Under the pieces are notes generated by a model. That model was given only the letters and a program-made list of their open reading frames with translations. It was not told where the DNA came from and did not search any database. Positions 1 through 12,325 of a DNA stretch of 64,000 nt are shown here, in pieces. The position numbers and the translations under genes were made by a program. Position 1 is the stretch's first letter. Every line of letters begins with the position of its first letter. This stretch comes from Eledone cirrhosa (lineage: Eukaryota), in the NCBI GenBank assembly GCA_964016885.1, contig OZ024743.1, forward strand, positions 298,158,001-298,222,000. The letters are read 5' to 3'.

Positions 1-305
1 CTTTGAGCATACCTATGATCAAACTCATTCCAACCATTACCAATGTATATTTTGAGGGTATCTAAGACTACTTTATCAAATATGGCCTTCCCTTTTTTAA
101 GATGTTAGGTTTTTATTAAAAGGGGGTTTTGCTATTTTTATCCAGTCAAGTAACTACAGAAGCTCCTTTGTTGGTTTTTTCATTTAAGTAAATGTGTGAA
201 GTGTATGAACAATACAGCATTTGGTTTAGAGTCTTTGGTTCTATATCATTGAAAAGGGCTGATGTTTCCATAACTAATGCTTTAACTTTTGTGTATTTCA
301 TGTAG

Positions 306-483
306 ACCAATCCAAAACGTTTGGCAAAAGAGCTGCCAAAATTTATCAAGACTATCAAACCAGAAGATCGCCTACTGCTAGTTGGAATATCTAATAGCCC
401 ATATGAAGGAGATATGAAACCAATGTCCAATCTCTACCAGAAGATTATTCTAATCCCAAGACCTGACTACACATCTCGTTACT
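306..483 (+). CDS. IQCA1: IQCA1/DRC11 (IQ and AAA domain protein) internal coding exon
   Basis: Pyrimidine tract plus tag acceptor at 304-305, donor GTGAG at 484. Translates TNPKRLAKELPKFIKTIKPEDRLLLVGISNSPYEGDMKPMSNLYQKIILIPRPDYTSRY, resembling the DRC11 AAA C-terminal region. Ends in phase 1, matching the next exon. Confidence 0.88.
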
Positions 484-1527
484 GTGAGCAAGAAATATAT
501 AGCTTTCTTTCCTTCTTTCTTTCTTTCTTTCTTTCTTTCTTTTTTTCTTTCGTCGCACCCTCATTTACTTCTGCTCTTGTTATTCCTCTCCTCTTACTTT
601 TGCTTATCTTTGGTTTTCCTTCATTTAGGGTTGATAAAACAAAGTACCAGCTAAAGATAGTAGATTGGTAGAAATATGAGAACATTGTTTAAGATGTTTT
701 ATGTTATTTATTCTTGTGTGGTAAACTTGACTCATCAGTTGGTTTGATGCCCTACCCACTCTTGTTCCTTGCATGTCCTTAGCAGAGTCCATTCTGTTGC
801 TAGCATTTGGATCAAGTCTCTAGTTTGATGATAAGTTCCTCCCTTCCTCTCACAAGTTCCAGAAGCTCTGATGGAATAAAAGCTCTTGTGTGCTGACCTT
901 CTACCCATGACTAAAGTAATAAAAAGAAAAAATAAAGTTTTCTTTCTCTTCACCTCCTTCTTAAACTTCTCCAGAGGCAACCTGGTGCATTCGGTGACTT
1001 ACCCAGGCTTTGCTGCTCATTAGGACAAAGAGGGCAAACTGTTCAAATATCGGTCACTTTCCAATAGGATAGTGTGGTCAAACATGTAGCAGTGGAGAAT
1101 CCTGGTGTTCTTGATCCCTCTACCACCACCCTACTCAAGCCCCATGATTTGGAATGGCTATTTCAACACATCTCCTTCACCATCCTTTGAGGCAATATTT
1201 TCTTCATTCTGTCTGCTGGGATAATGAGACGGCCTGCACATAGGGCTTCCACACACAAGAGAATGCTTCCTCACACAATCTGGACCCGCATCACTGGGGT
1301 AATGATCTTAGGGGCTCTTTAGAAGAAAAGTGCCTTCTCTTCTGCCTAATACTATAAAACATTTTATATATATTCTTCTTACTACGACCCCCACCAATAA
1401 TGTCAACATCATTAATCTAGTCGTCATAATTATCATCATCATCATTGATATCATCACTGTCACCATCCCCACCATCTTAATCATCAACTGTCATCATCAT
1501 CTACATGCACTTTTCTGCTGTTTTGTT

Positions 1528-1615
1528 ACCACCACCACCACCACCACCACCACCACCACCACAACAACAACAACAACACCACCACCAACAACAACAACAA
1601 CAACAACAACAACAA
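1528..1615. repeat. (ACC)n(ACA)n compound microsatellite
   Basis: Direct trinucleotide runs; source of the poly-T/poly-V ORFs. Confidence 0.95.
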
Positions 1616-3479
1616 GGTTGGCAGTGACTTCAAAGTATTGCTGGTGACTGGCTTCATTAGTGTGCCAAAGCCAGTCACGATGAGACTTCAAAGTCATTGT
1701 CAACCGTTTCATTGTAAAAATAATTTTATACTCTACTTAAATGTATTAAATATTTTTTCAGTTAATATTTGATTGTTTTTATGTATGATTGTAAATAAAA
1801 TGCATACATAACACAATATATATATACATATAGTATACACATATATATATATATATATATATATACACATTGTGCCTCAGCATGGCTTCAGTCCAATGAC
1901 TAAAACCAGTAAAAGAATTTATGAAGCATCATTAATTCATCATCATCAACATCATTATCATTTAACGATGATTTTCCACACTTGCATGGGTTACACGGGT
2001 CGTCATGTTATGAAACACGTCGGGCCAGGAGGTCGTGAGACCGCATCTTGCTTATACTGACCTGTATTTTGGCTTGGTTTCTACAACTGGATACCCATCC
2101 TAATATCATTGAACATACACTTTTCATACTTGCAAGGTTTCTTTTTAGCATCGTTCTTCTAATTCTCACTGTATCTTTCACTAATATGTTTATTTTTCTT
2201 TCTTATGTAAGTTTCAGTATTGTTTGCTCATGGTCATTCTTCGTACCTTATGCATTATATTGTATTTCTTATTTTTTTGTTTATATGTGGATTTATGGCA
2301 CACATCTCACAATTGTTTTTACAAATATCACTGTCACTGTCTATCTGATAGATTTTGTTTCTTTCTATGACTTTAATATTGTAGGAATATTTTCTTAAAT
2401 TTCTTAGTTAATTTACAATTGAATGCGGGATCTACAAACATAACATTAACAAATTTTTATCATACTATGTACTGGTCATGGTTGACTCTTTCATCATCAT
2501 CCTCATTGTCTTTTTAATGCTCACTTTCCCTGTTAGCAAAGGTTGGATGGGTCTATGCAGACCAAGTCAGTATTGAAGTGGGGCTGCTGATCTCCCAGAC
2601 AGGCCAGGGATCTGTATCTTGCTTCTGTACAGTTTCATGTTCTACTGAGTGCACAAGGAGAGGTTGTTATGTCTTTGACACAACTGTCTTCCCAACCTTT
2701 TATTTGGCAAACTTTCTATGGCTGGATGCCCTTCCTAATATTTCAAAATTTGTTTCAGTATACAAGACATATTACCATTTGTATCATTTTAAAACTTTTT
2801 ATGTTGTCTTTATACAAATCTAGACCTATCTAACTATATAACTGGAATTGCTACTCTTGTGGTTGGTACATTTATGAGGTCTGTCATTAGAATGTTTAAT
2901 TTGGCAGTTTCTAACACAGCAGTGCCTTTTCTGATCATAGTGTGTTTGCCATGAATTTTCTGTTGTATATATAGCAGGTATATATAGCAGGTGTGATCTG
3001 CTGATAGCTACATTTTGTAACCATAATTCAACATCCAGTACAGGTAATCTCCTATTGTGGTGTCTATAGAGCTAGTCAATAATGGATTTCATATTAGCAT
3101 AAATGGAATTTGTTATGTGCATGTTCTTCAGCTGCTTGGCTATTAAGTTAGGGAGTCATAATAATGGCATGGTTCCTCTCATCAGCATATTGAAAGTACA
3201 GTGCTATATTAATATTTAGTGGCAACTAATATTTGTCATATTTGTCAATACCAACACACCATAAATAGTCATTTACCAAACAAGCACAGTACAACTCTGA
3301 AATCTTGATAATACCTTTATGAAATGTATAAATATCATAATGTTTCTTTCTCTTGCTCATACAGTTGTAGCCATTTTTCCTTGTAAAAAGAAAGCAATGT
3401 TTCCTCCATGAAATTGCTTGCAAGTTCTAATTCATGGTTGAAAGCCCTTATTTCACTTTCATTTTCTAATGCTTTCATG

Positions 3480-4560
3480 GGTCAGATGAGCTTTATTGTC
3501 TTCCTTTGTCATTGACTCTGTGAGGTTAAGCATCCTGAGATCATCCTGAACTCTTACCATCCCTGCCCAGGTTTTGCTAGATCTTATTCTATTGCAGCTT
3601 TCTTTCAATAGAATCTCTTGGTTCTTCTCCACCCAATGATCATCATCCATATGTATCTCACATCCATACCAGCACACTCTTCTCTTTTACACACTGTACC
3701 TGAGTCCTCTTATAACTAGCTTTTATCCCCACTCATTTATGCTTTGACATTCATACATATTAGTTTCACAGACCCATCAGATCATGCTTACTTCATTTCT
3801 TTTTAGCCTTCAAATTCCCTCTGCATTCACTGCCCATGTTCACATGCATGTATCATGCCTTTCGTTCATGGAGAGAAACCTTTTGTTATCATCAGAGGTA
3901 TTAGTTTCCTGTCGTTATTATAGCTAGTCTGCTTTCAGATTAACCTCCTACACTACTAAGTAGGTCTCCTAGGTAACTGAAGTTATCAACTACTTCTATG
4001 GTACCTTCCTGGAATTGGGAAAGGTTTATTTCTCTGTGGCTCTTACTTACTAACTACTCCTATACATTTGCCACATACAAAGTCTACCTTTTCTGTTAGC
4101 CTGCTTGCTATCCCACTACATCTCTAATGTAGTTATAATTTATATATACATCATCTCTAGTTCTTATCTTCTTCTTTTCTGTACATTGATCATAGTCACC
4201 TCCCATAGCATTAGCATACAGAAATTCCTAAGGATAGCTAGTTTTAAACTCCTCTGTTACAGCCAGGAGAACTATAATAAACAGGAATGGGCTCAGGACT
4301 GAGTCCTAAAGAACACCTACTTGCACATTGAATTCCTCACTAAAGACATTACCTACTCTCACTTGACTGTTAGCACAGCTCTCAAAAGCCACTAATCTAC
4401 ACCAAGTTTCCTTAAGGACCACCCGATAACAGATTATGATACTCTACCAAAGGTCTTCTCCAGATTAACAAAAGCTAGATATAGTGGTTTACATCTAATT
4501 TGACTTTTTCCATAATTAGTTGAATTAATAATCTTTCTGTTACTTTCATGCCCCTGTAGT
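3480..4560 (-). mobile_element. Highly decayed RTE LINE fragment
   Basis: Reverse strand resembles the RT/C-terminal region of the RTE copies at 16.2 and 49.9 kb (e.g. KTW..VRVQDDLRMLNLTE), with many stops. Confidence 0.65.
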
Positions 4561-4620
4561 TTCTCTTTTATAGAGCATTATTCCACTATCTTGTACACTA
4601 TAAAACAAGTCCATTATTTA

Positions 4621-4699
4621 TTACGGGGTCGATAAAATAAAGTACCAGTAATGCACTGGATAATTGCTGGCCTTGTGCCTAAAGTAGAAACAATTATTT
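4621..4699 (+). mobile_element. tRNA-SINE family A (Meta-domain-like), 3' fragment
   Basis: ggggtcgataaaataaagtaccag...ggccttgtgcctaaagtagaaacaattatt matches the full copies at 30243 and 35594. Confidence 0.85.
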
Positions 4700-5010
4700 A
4701 TCATGTATACTAATGTATCAATTGCATTGATTTCTTCTGAAATATAGGACTTATCTACTGAACCTACAAAGCCACAATTGAAAATATATGGCATAGTGTA
4801 AATGTTGCATGTAAAATGAAGGTGTGATGTATCTACCAGTGTGACATGTATATGAGTATATATGGTAGTTTTAATTTTTATTTAAAATTATTTTCATTTC
4901 ACTTTAATATGAAAATGCTCATTGGGTATGTATGCAGTTTATAGAATCCATTTGCCTTTCCTAATCAGGTAATTTATACCAATAAATGAATTCACTATTT
5001 TAACTTTTAG

Positions 5011-5249
5011 TAATCTGGAAGAAGCTTATTCCAGCCTATGGTGCCTCTCTAACAAATAACTTTGATTTGACATCCCTTGCCAAAGTTACTGATGGCTTCA
5101 CTCCAGGAGACTTTGTTGCAATCCTCTCTACAGTTCTTACTGACAACAGAAGACAATCACTGAACAAAAGACCGTTGCAGGCCATTGAGCTTCTCACACC
5201 ATTGGCAACTATTGACCCTATCTATAAAGAACAAGAGATGGTATTTAAG
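5011..5249 (+). CDS. IQCA1: IQCA1/DRC11 penultimate coding exon
   Basis: ttttag acceptor and GTAAAG donor. The phase-1 join gives (L)IWKKLIPAYGASLTNNFDLTSLAKVTDGFTPGDFV...LTDNRRQSLNKRPLQAIELLTPLATIDPIYKEQEMVFK. Confidence 0.88.
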
Positions 5250-5529
5250 GTAAAGTTTACAGTTACATTTCTGTTTTTCCATATCATTATGACTGATGGA
5301 TTGGCAAGTTGAATTTATAAGGACATGCATTTCAGCATTAGTTTCCATCTAAAATGTGTATCTCCCTGGTTGTTGTAAAATACATCTAAAAGGTATTAAA
5401 ACATTGGATAAAATGCTTTGCAGTATTTGTTCTGGCTCTTTGCACTCTGGGTTCAAATCTTAACAGGATTAACTTTGCCTTTTATCCTTTCAAGATCAAT
5501 AAATAAATAAAGTACCTGTTCAGAGGGAT

Positions 5530-5995
5530 CACTATCATCATCCTTTTTATGTCCATTTTACTGTGCTCACATGGGTTGGATGGGTCCATTTCAGCACAGC
5601 ATCTCTCTACTCATTGTGTTCCTTCACCATCTCCTCTCTGAGTCCCAGCAATTTGAGATCAGCTCTCACCACCTCCACTCAGATAATTCTTGGTCTACCT
5701 CTATTGCGGCATCCTTCCACTGGGATTTCCTGGCACTTCTTCACCCAGCAATCATTTTCCATGTGCATCACATGTCCATACTAACAGTTTTCTCTCTTGC
5801 ACACCATTTCGGATTCCTCTTAAATCCAATTTCTCCCTCAGTTCATCCAAACTCTGCCTTTCTCTCTCATTTACATTACACATCCAATGTAGCATGGTAG
5901 CTTCATTTCTCTCCAGCCTATGCATGTCCTTTGCAGTCAGTGCCCATGTTTCACTACCATACAACATCGCATTGTTAAAACTTTGTAGCATCTAT
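5530..5995 (-). mobile_element. RTE LINE 3' fragment
   Basis: AMLYGSETWALTAKDMHRLERNEATMLHWMC on the - strand, ending in a (GAT)n tail. Confidence 0.85.
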
Positions 5996-6878
5996 TCCAG
6001 CTCTGTACATTCATAGTTCAAATTTTGTCTCTCTTGTGCTTGGAAAATGGTAACATGAGAGGACTGGGATCCCTCTATCATTAGAACACCCCAAAAGCCT
6101 ATGAGCTACAATCTGATAGGAGGCTGGCTATACCAGTAAAGATATGAACAACATTAAAATGTTAGCAATCCATATAATAAGTTCTAAGTGTTATTATTGC
6201 ACATTGGTGGAATCTGTGCCAATTACTTCGATATCAAACAATAAATTGAAATACACCTTCCAGTGTATTATTTTTGTGTGATACACAAATTTCACTACAT
6301 TCAAATATGAAATGACAGCTAAGATAGTCTTGTTACTATGGGAACATACTGCAACATTGCTTTTCTATTACAAGTTTATTTGTACATATTTTCTAGTTTT
6401 CCTTGTCTATTTCCTTTTTATTCCAAATATAACAACATTCATGTCAGTGATACACACTTTTAAGTGAAGATGATATATCCTGCATTAGTTTTTATGATGA
6501 GCATCCAGTTTTTTCAGTCAACTGAATTGCTTACTCATTAAAATAATATGTAATATGTAAGTAGCTGTGAGTTATACGAACATGCAGGCCTTTAATATAA
6601 TTCACATGCCAAATCAATGTGACATAATATGTGATAAGATAGATCTTTTGAATTACATGTAAAATCAGTTGACATAAGATCCCATACAGTGGGATTGAAT
6701 ATGGAACATTATGATTGTAAAGTAAACTTCTTAGTCATACTTGCATCCACATCATTTTAAGCATGCTGCTTGATATACACCAAACTATCATACTACACTA
6801 TGTATTTCGGATTATATATATATACATATATATATCTGTTTTGCGAGGTTTTTGATATGAAATCGTGTGTCGAAACAA

Positions 6879-7483
6879 ATATTGATATACTTGGGGAGGG
6901 TCATATTGTTGTAATAATATTGCCAGAAATAATAACAGAACGCACTCACTGTTTTGTTGGTTTTCGCTTCTGTATCTTTTATATCTCCATAGTTAAATCA
7001 TTTGGTCCTCAATGTTTATCATTGACTGACCAATGGTAAAAAATACAGATATAAATACATATATATATAGTCTAACAAAGTTCTTTCGTTGCACATCTGC
7101 AACATCATCAGTGGTACTATTATATTTCCTCCTGTTGTATTGTATGTCTACACCATTTTTATTTTATCAGATAAACAAATAAAATAAAAACAGATAAAAT
7201 AAAAATGGCATAGACATACAATACAACAGGAGGAAACATGATAATAGTACCACTGATGATGTTGCACATGTGCAATAAAAGAACTTTGTTAGACTATATA
7301 TATGTATTTATATCTGTATTTTTGACCATTGGTCAGTCAATGATAAACATTGAGGACCAAATGATTTAACTATGGAGATATAAAAGATACAGAAGCGAAA
7401 ACCAACCAAACAGTGAGTGTGTTCTGTTATTATTTCTGGCAATATTATTACAACAATATGACCCTCCCCAAGTATATCAATAT
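6879..7483. mobile_element. Palindromic solo Penelope pLTR pair (~290 bp inverted arms) in the last IQCA1 intron
   Basis: 6879-7168 is the reverse complement of 7193-7483. The arm is near-identical to 20310-20590, the 3' end of the Penelope element at 20.3-23.0 kb. Confidence 0.9.
7073..7116 (-). ncRNA. Minimal type-I hammerhead ribozyme motif
   Basis: UACCA-CUGAUGA-U-GUUGCA(GAUG)UGCAAC-GAAAG(AA)CUU-UGUUA. The mirror copy at 7248-7291 has CGAAA changed to TAAAA. Confidence 0.7.
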
Positions 7484-7605
7484 ATATATATCAAGAGATG
7501 GTAACATGAATGGACCTGTTATTTTTCTCTAAAAAAATCTTTTTCCACATTTCCGGCCTGCTCGTTTCCTCAACCTTTCTATTTCTGTTTTAATTTTTCA
7601 TTCTT

Positions 7606-7641
7606 TCTTCTGATGAAGGACTAGTGTCTGAAACGTTAAGA
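7606..7641 (+). ncRNA. Minimal type-I hammerhead ribozyme motif
   Basis: UCUU-CUGAUGA-A-GGAC(UAGU)GUCU-GAAAC-GUU-AAGA, with palindromic stem III AACGUU. Confidence 0.75.
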
Positions 7642-7715
7642 CCCTCTTCCTGCTATTTCAAGCGTTAAACTAATATATTTCTTTTGTGTTGTTATTTTTG
7701 TTATTTCTGTTTACC

Positions 7716-7762
<47 letters not shown>

Positions 7763-7764
<2 letters not shown>

Positions 7765-7956
7765 CGAGGGGTCTGAAAATTTCTTGGCTTTAAGGGTTTT
7801 GTGAAAGGGTAGAGATGTTATCTTTACAGGGGAGGTAGGACTGCTGCAATAAGTGTGTGACTCTGAGAGGGGAATATGTTGAAGAAAATCATAATTAACT
7901 GATCCTCCTGTATTTTCTTTTATCCAAAGCTAGGAACTTTTCAGCACCCCCTTGTA
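7763..7956 (+). mobile_element. Non-autonomous Tc1/mariner element (MITE-like)
   Basis: Imperfect TIRs tacgaggggtctgaaaatttcttggcttt / aaagctaggaacttttcagcacccccttgta within (TA)n. Internal remnant CNKCVTLRGEYVEE resembles a mariner transposase C-terminus. Confidence 0.85.
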
Positions 7957-8925
7957 TATATATATGTGAAAATAGTAGTGGCCAGTATGGTTGTAAGAGA
8001 AGTTGTCTAACTTTGCATACAATAATAAAGTAGTACAACCGTAAATGGCTGAGCTGCATGGCGTGAGGTCATTATGTTCATGGATGGAGCTGGGGAGTAG
8101 TGAGGACAGAGTAAATGTTAGGAAACATTCACCACCAACGATGTCACAGTCACAGCACTGGGTGCCACATGAAATCAGAAGAGTGCGCAAGAAAATTAAG
8201 CACACATGGATGTGAGCACAGGAATGTGTATCGGTAGTGTGTGTGGGCAGGTGCACATACTTGTGCACACATCCAAAAGTGTAGAGTGGATGGTTATGTG
8301 TGTGCAGAAGTAGATGTGTGTGGAGTGCTATGTAAATACGGATGTTGTAAATGTGGGTGTGTATTGTGTGGTGGCTGGAGTTGTGTGTGTGTGTATTTGT
8401 GCATGTATTTGTGTATGAGAGCAAGGGTAAAGAGAGGTTAAAAGAACTGTGATGGGGAATTGAGTCCATACAGAAAAGAGGTTCCAAGGCAGAAAATTAA
8501 TTTCTGCTTGGTCCTGGTGTGAGTAGCTGTGGATCTATGGTGTAAAAGGAGGCCAGAGACAGTGAGGTGTTGAGTAAAGTGGTTGGGGAATGGAAGTGAC
8601 GAGCAACAGGAGTGTCTTTACCTAGTCGTATATATGTGTAACTGTTAACTTAACTTTGATAACTTTGATAGTTATGTGATATATGTTTAGTCAATTTTTT
8701 GAATTAGTAGGCATAATGATTTTCCCTGGTGCCATTGAAAGAAGGCTGAGTTTTTAGAGTGCTGGACTAACTGTAATACAGTTTCTAGGATTATGCAATC
8801 TTGGTTCCAATTCATATCCCACCAAAACTGATGTTGCCTTTCACACATCAGAATACCAGTAATACATTGTAACTCATTAAAAAATGTTTCTTTTCTATTT
8901 TCTATCACATTTTTCATCGAAACAG

Positions 8926-9045
8926 GAATGGTATGCTAAGACACCACTTGGTAAGAAGAGATTGAAAGCAGCTAAACTAGAACAGGAGGGTGCCAGTGGC
9001 AAAGATAAGAAAGATAAGGGAAAGGGAAAGAAAAAGAAGAAATAA
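8926..9045 (+). CDS. IQCA1: IQCA1/DRC11 terminal coding exon
   Basis: acag acceptor, phase 0. EWYAKTPLGKKRLKAAKLEQEGASGKDKKDKGKGKKKKK*. WYAKTPLGKKR plus a Lys-rich tail is the recognisable DRC11 C-terminus. Missed by the ORF track. Confidence 0.88.
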   Translation, partial: EWYAKTPLGKKRLKAAKLEQEGASGKDKKDKGKGKKKKK

Positions 9046-9065
9046 TTGATTATGTTTTTGATGAA

Positions 9066-9071
9066 AATAAA
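9066..9071 (+). promoter_or_regulatory. Candidate polyadenylation signal of IQCA1
   Basis: AATAAA 21 nt after the stop codon; AT-rich context, so could be chance. Confidence 0.45.
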
Positions 9072-9260
9072 TATATGAATATATATATCTATCTATATAT
9101 ATATATATATACATACATACATACACGCATATATATATATATATATATAAATATATATATCAAACGTTAAGCTATATAATTAAAAAGAAAAACATCTGTG
9201 TGACGACTTATAATTGTAAACTTCAAATATATACAAAAATGTATTCAAACTGAATGTTTA

Positions 9261-9300
<40 letters not shown>

Positions 9301-9301
<1 letters not shown>

Positions 9302-9450
9302 GGAACCAGTAGCACCCCGACGGCTGAGCTCAAGCCGTTTCGACGGCTAATTCTGGACTAAATGAAAATTTACCCACTCTACTACCCCAAGTATTGAGTA
9401 CTTTGGTGCGTTATGGTCCACCTGGTTCCTTACCACATTTCCTTCGTTAT
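9301..9450 (+). mobile_element. Penelope-type terminal fragment (family shared with 13543-13830 and 33135-33222)
   Basis: tacccactctactaccccaagtattgagtactttggtg recurs at 13754 (+) and 33180-33220 (-), each next to (TA)n. Confidence 0.65.
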
Positions 9451-9462
9451 ATATATATATAT

Positions 9463-9797
9463 ATATAAGATCAAAAGATGGTTAAAAGAGTTCCATGTAT
9501 TTTATTATGCGCATTTCAAAAACAAATATCATCATGAGATGACATTTGCGTTTTCGTCAGATAAAATAGGGAGACATGATATGAAGGTTAAAAAACACTT
9601 GTGAATAGTGCAGTTTTAAATCAACATATGATATGTTGATTTAAAACTGCACTATTCACAAGTGTTTTTTAACCTTCATATCATGTCTCCCTATTTTATC
9701 TTACGAAAACGCAAATGTCATCTCATGATTATATTTGTTTTTGAAATGCGCATAATAAAATACATGGAACTCTTTTAACCATCTTTTGATCTTATAT
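9463..9797. repeat. Near-perfect palindrome, 167 bp arms with 1-nt spacer, hammerhead-bearing
   Basis: ...caacatat|g|atatgttg... centred on 9630. A single arm recurs at 32413-32579. Confidence 0.95.
9500..9566 (-). ncRNA. Type-I hammerhead ribozyme motif
   Basis: UUUUAU-CUGACGA-long stem II (CAAAUGUCAUC/GAUGAUAUUUG)-GAAAU(GCGC)AUA-AUAAAA. The mirror copy at 9694-9760 has core CUUACGA. Confidence 0.75.
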
Positions 9798-9904
9798 TAT
9801 TTATACTCCAGTCCTACAAACTGTAGAGTGCTACTTATCCAATATCTGCATTGCTTTATTGTACTACAATAAAACTCACCTCCTACATATTTTTCATTTC
9901 ATTT

Positions 9905-10233
9905 CATTTCATTTTACGTCCGCTTTTTCCCTGCTTGCAAGGGTGGGACGGGAACTGATTCTGGCTTGATTTCTACAGCTGGATGCCCTTCCTAACACCA
10001 ACCTCATTTACAGTGAGTGCTGGGTGCTTTTTTGCCGTGGCACCTCCACGACCACTTTGCAGTGGAATGATAGGGACCCCAGTCCCTATCATCTCATTTC
10101 TACAGCTGAGTAAACTGGAGCAATGTGAAATAAAGTGTCTTGCTCAAGTACACAACACATCACCTGGTCTGAGAATTGAATTTACAACCTTTCGATTGCA
10201 AGACCAATGCTCTAACCACTAAGCCATATGCCT
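9905..10233 (-). mobile_element. tRNA/CORE-type SINE family B with RTE-like 3' tail
   Basis: Reverse strand has an A box (tggcttagtgg), a B-box-like motif, a CORE-like ttgagcaagacactt segment, and a tail shared with the RTE 3' UTR. Copies at 48582, 49375, 51900, 52825. Confidence 0.85.
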
Positions 10234-10908
10234 CCATATATATACATGGTAAAACATTGTTTCATGTTTATTTATTTATTTATTTACTGTAATATATCAA
10301 GTGATAATTATATAAGTAGGATAAAAAAAAACAATAACATTATATGTGAATATAGCTGGAGCCTGTGCATAGTCATTGTACCTGTTAGAAATAGCAGCCA
10401 AATTATAATCTACTATCTTAAAGATGCCTGCTTTTCTATAGTTGCATGGGCTGGAAGCGACATTTTGAGGTAGTTTTTTTCTACAAACAGTTGTTCTTCC
10501 TGATGCTAAGCTATACTTTATAGTAAGTATGGTTTATACCACTGACATTTGCTGGATTGTTAATTTGTAGGATGCATTATTTATGGGAGGACATAAACAA
10601 ACATCATTTGCTTTTAAGCAGTCTTGATATGAAGAGATTCCAGGTGATTGACACACACACATACACACACCCACCCATACAAACAAACACCCAGCCAACA
10701 TACACATATAAGCATAGATACATATATGTATGATGAGCTTCTTTACAATTTCCATCTACCAAATTCACTCCCAACGTATTGGTTCACCCAAGACTGTAGT
10801 AGAACGTACATGACTTAATTTAAAACCATTTGATTCCAGAACAAACTCTTAACTACATAGCCAGGCTTGCATCCTCTCACTCTGTTTGTCTGTTCCTCTC
10901 TCCCTCCC

Positions 10909-10956
<48 letters not shown>

Positions 10957-11747
10957 GAAGAAATTATGGAATAAAGTTTATCGAATAGAATGGACACAGC
11001 TTTGGTCATTTCCTCACTAACTCAATAATTTGATTAAGTCTGAATTATTAAAATTTGAACCTATCTGATTAGAGTGTACACTTAAACATTAATCAGTGAG
11101 GAAGACGACTTTGTGTGGGTAGGAAATTTGAGTTACCTGGACTGATGCACCAGTTTCTATGATTCCGATCTGCCAGTGGTGATCCAAATGGAGCCACCAT
11201 GTGCAGAAATTAGGTAATGTTACTATACATTATGTAATTAGTCAGGAACTGCATCGTCAGTGGGGGGTTTGCCTCCCTGCACTTGAAAGTTCTGTATGGC
11301 TAGCTGGTACACCAGGTTGGTGGACGCAAGTGATACAGTAGTAATCCTCAAACTTTCTGATACATGACGGCACATCAAAGGGGAGGTAAGGCAGGCTTGA
11401 CCAATTTGCAGAGAACACATTGGCATTGATTCAAATTGAAAATAAATGGCCTTACCAGAAGCACTCTACCAGGGTGTTTTTGTAGAGAAAACAAAGACAG
11501 AGTAGCAAAAATAAACAAATTGAACTAGAATAAACAAAGTGAGAGAGTTCAACTTAGAATTTAAATACAGGTTAGTCTTCTGGGAGTTAGACATAATTAT
11601 GAAATAAAGCTTATCGAATATAATGGACACAGCTTCGGTTGTTTCCTCACTTACTCAATAATTTAATTAAGTCAGAATTATTAATATATATATACATATA
11701 TATAAATGAATAAAAATAACCAGGATTAAATGACATATCATTTAATT

Positions 11748-11813
11748 GATTTACAAATGTTTCAATCAATACAACAGAAAATAAATTTCTGCTGCATTGA
11801 TTTCTTCAGAATC
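11748..11813 (-). ncRNA. Type-I hammerhead ribozyme motif with long stem II
   Basis: GAUU-CUGAAGA-AAUCAAUGCAGCAGAAA...UUUCUGUUGUAUUGAUU-GAAAC(AUUU)GUA-AAUC. Confidence 0.75.
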
Positions 11814-12150
11814 TATTAAACAACATAAATAACATAAATATTTAGCAAACGCATATCCGAATATCTCAGTTCAGAAAACGAATTTAAAACACAGTTGGGA
11901 AAACATTAAAACTTTATAATATATATTTATATATATACATCATCATCATCAGCATTGTTTAACGTCTATCTTCCACGCTAGCATGAGTTAGATGGGAATT
12001 GTCCCACTTAAGGCAAGATTGGATAGGTGACTATGTCTTGCTTATATACATCTGTATCTGGCAGGTTTTCTACAGTTGGATGTCCTTCCTAACACCAACT
12101 ATATGTACAGTGTGGACATAATATATAATTAATTACAACAGTAATTATAT

Positions 12151-12193
12151 ACAGGTACTTGAGTTTCGTTGGGTTATGTCTCATTCAGCCTGT
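12151..12193 (-). ncRNA. Degenerate hammerhead ribozyme motif
   Basis: ACAGG-CUGAAUGA-[collapsed stem II]-GAAAC(UCAA)GUA-CCUGU. Stem I is perfect; the core has an extra base. Confidence 0.55.
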
Positions 12194-12325
12194 TATAAAA
12201 ACAAAGATGGCATCTGGTGGTTGAATGTAATTTCTTTTGTGAACATTATTTGAGAGTTATTCAAAGGCAGATAATTTCAAAAATAGTTATAAATAGCTAT
12301 AAATAACCAAAAAATATAATATATA

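Noticed and set aside
484-671. Hydrophobic extension of ORF 321-671 as a transmembrane tail
   Set aside because: Intronic read-through past the GT donor into a (CTTT)n repeat.
10960-11685. Direct repeat (10960-11052 / 11595-11684) as a hammerhead-bearing pLTR
   Set aside because: The repeat and a stem are real, but no CUGANGA core could be placed.
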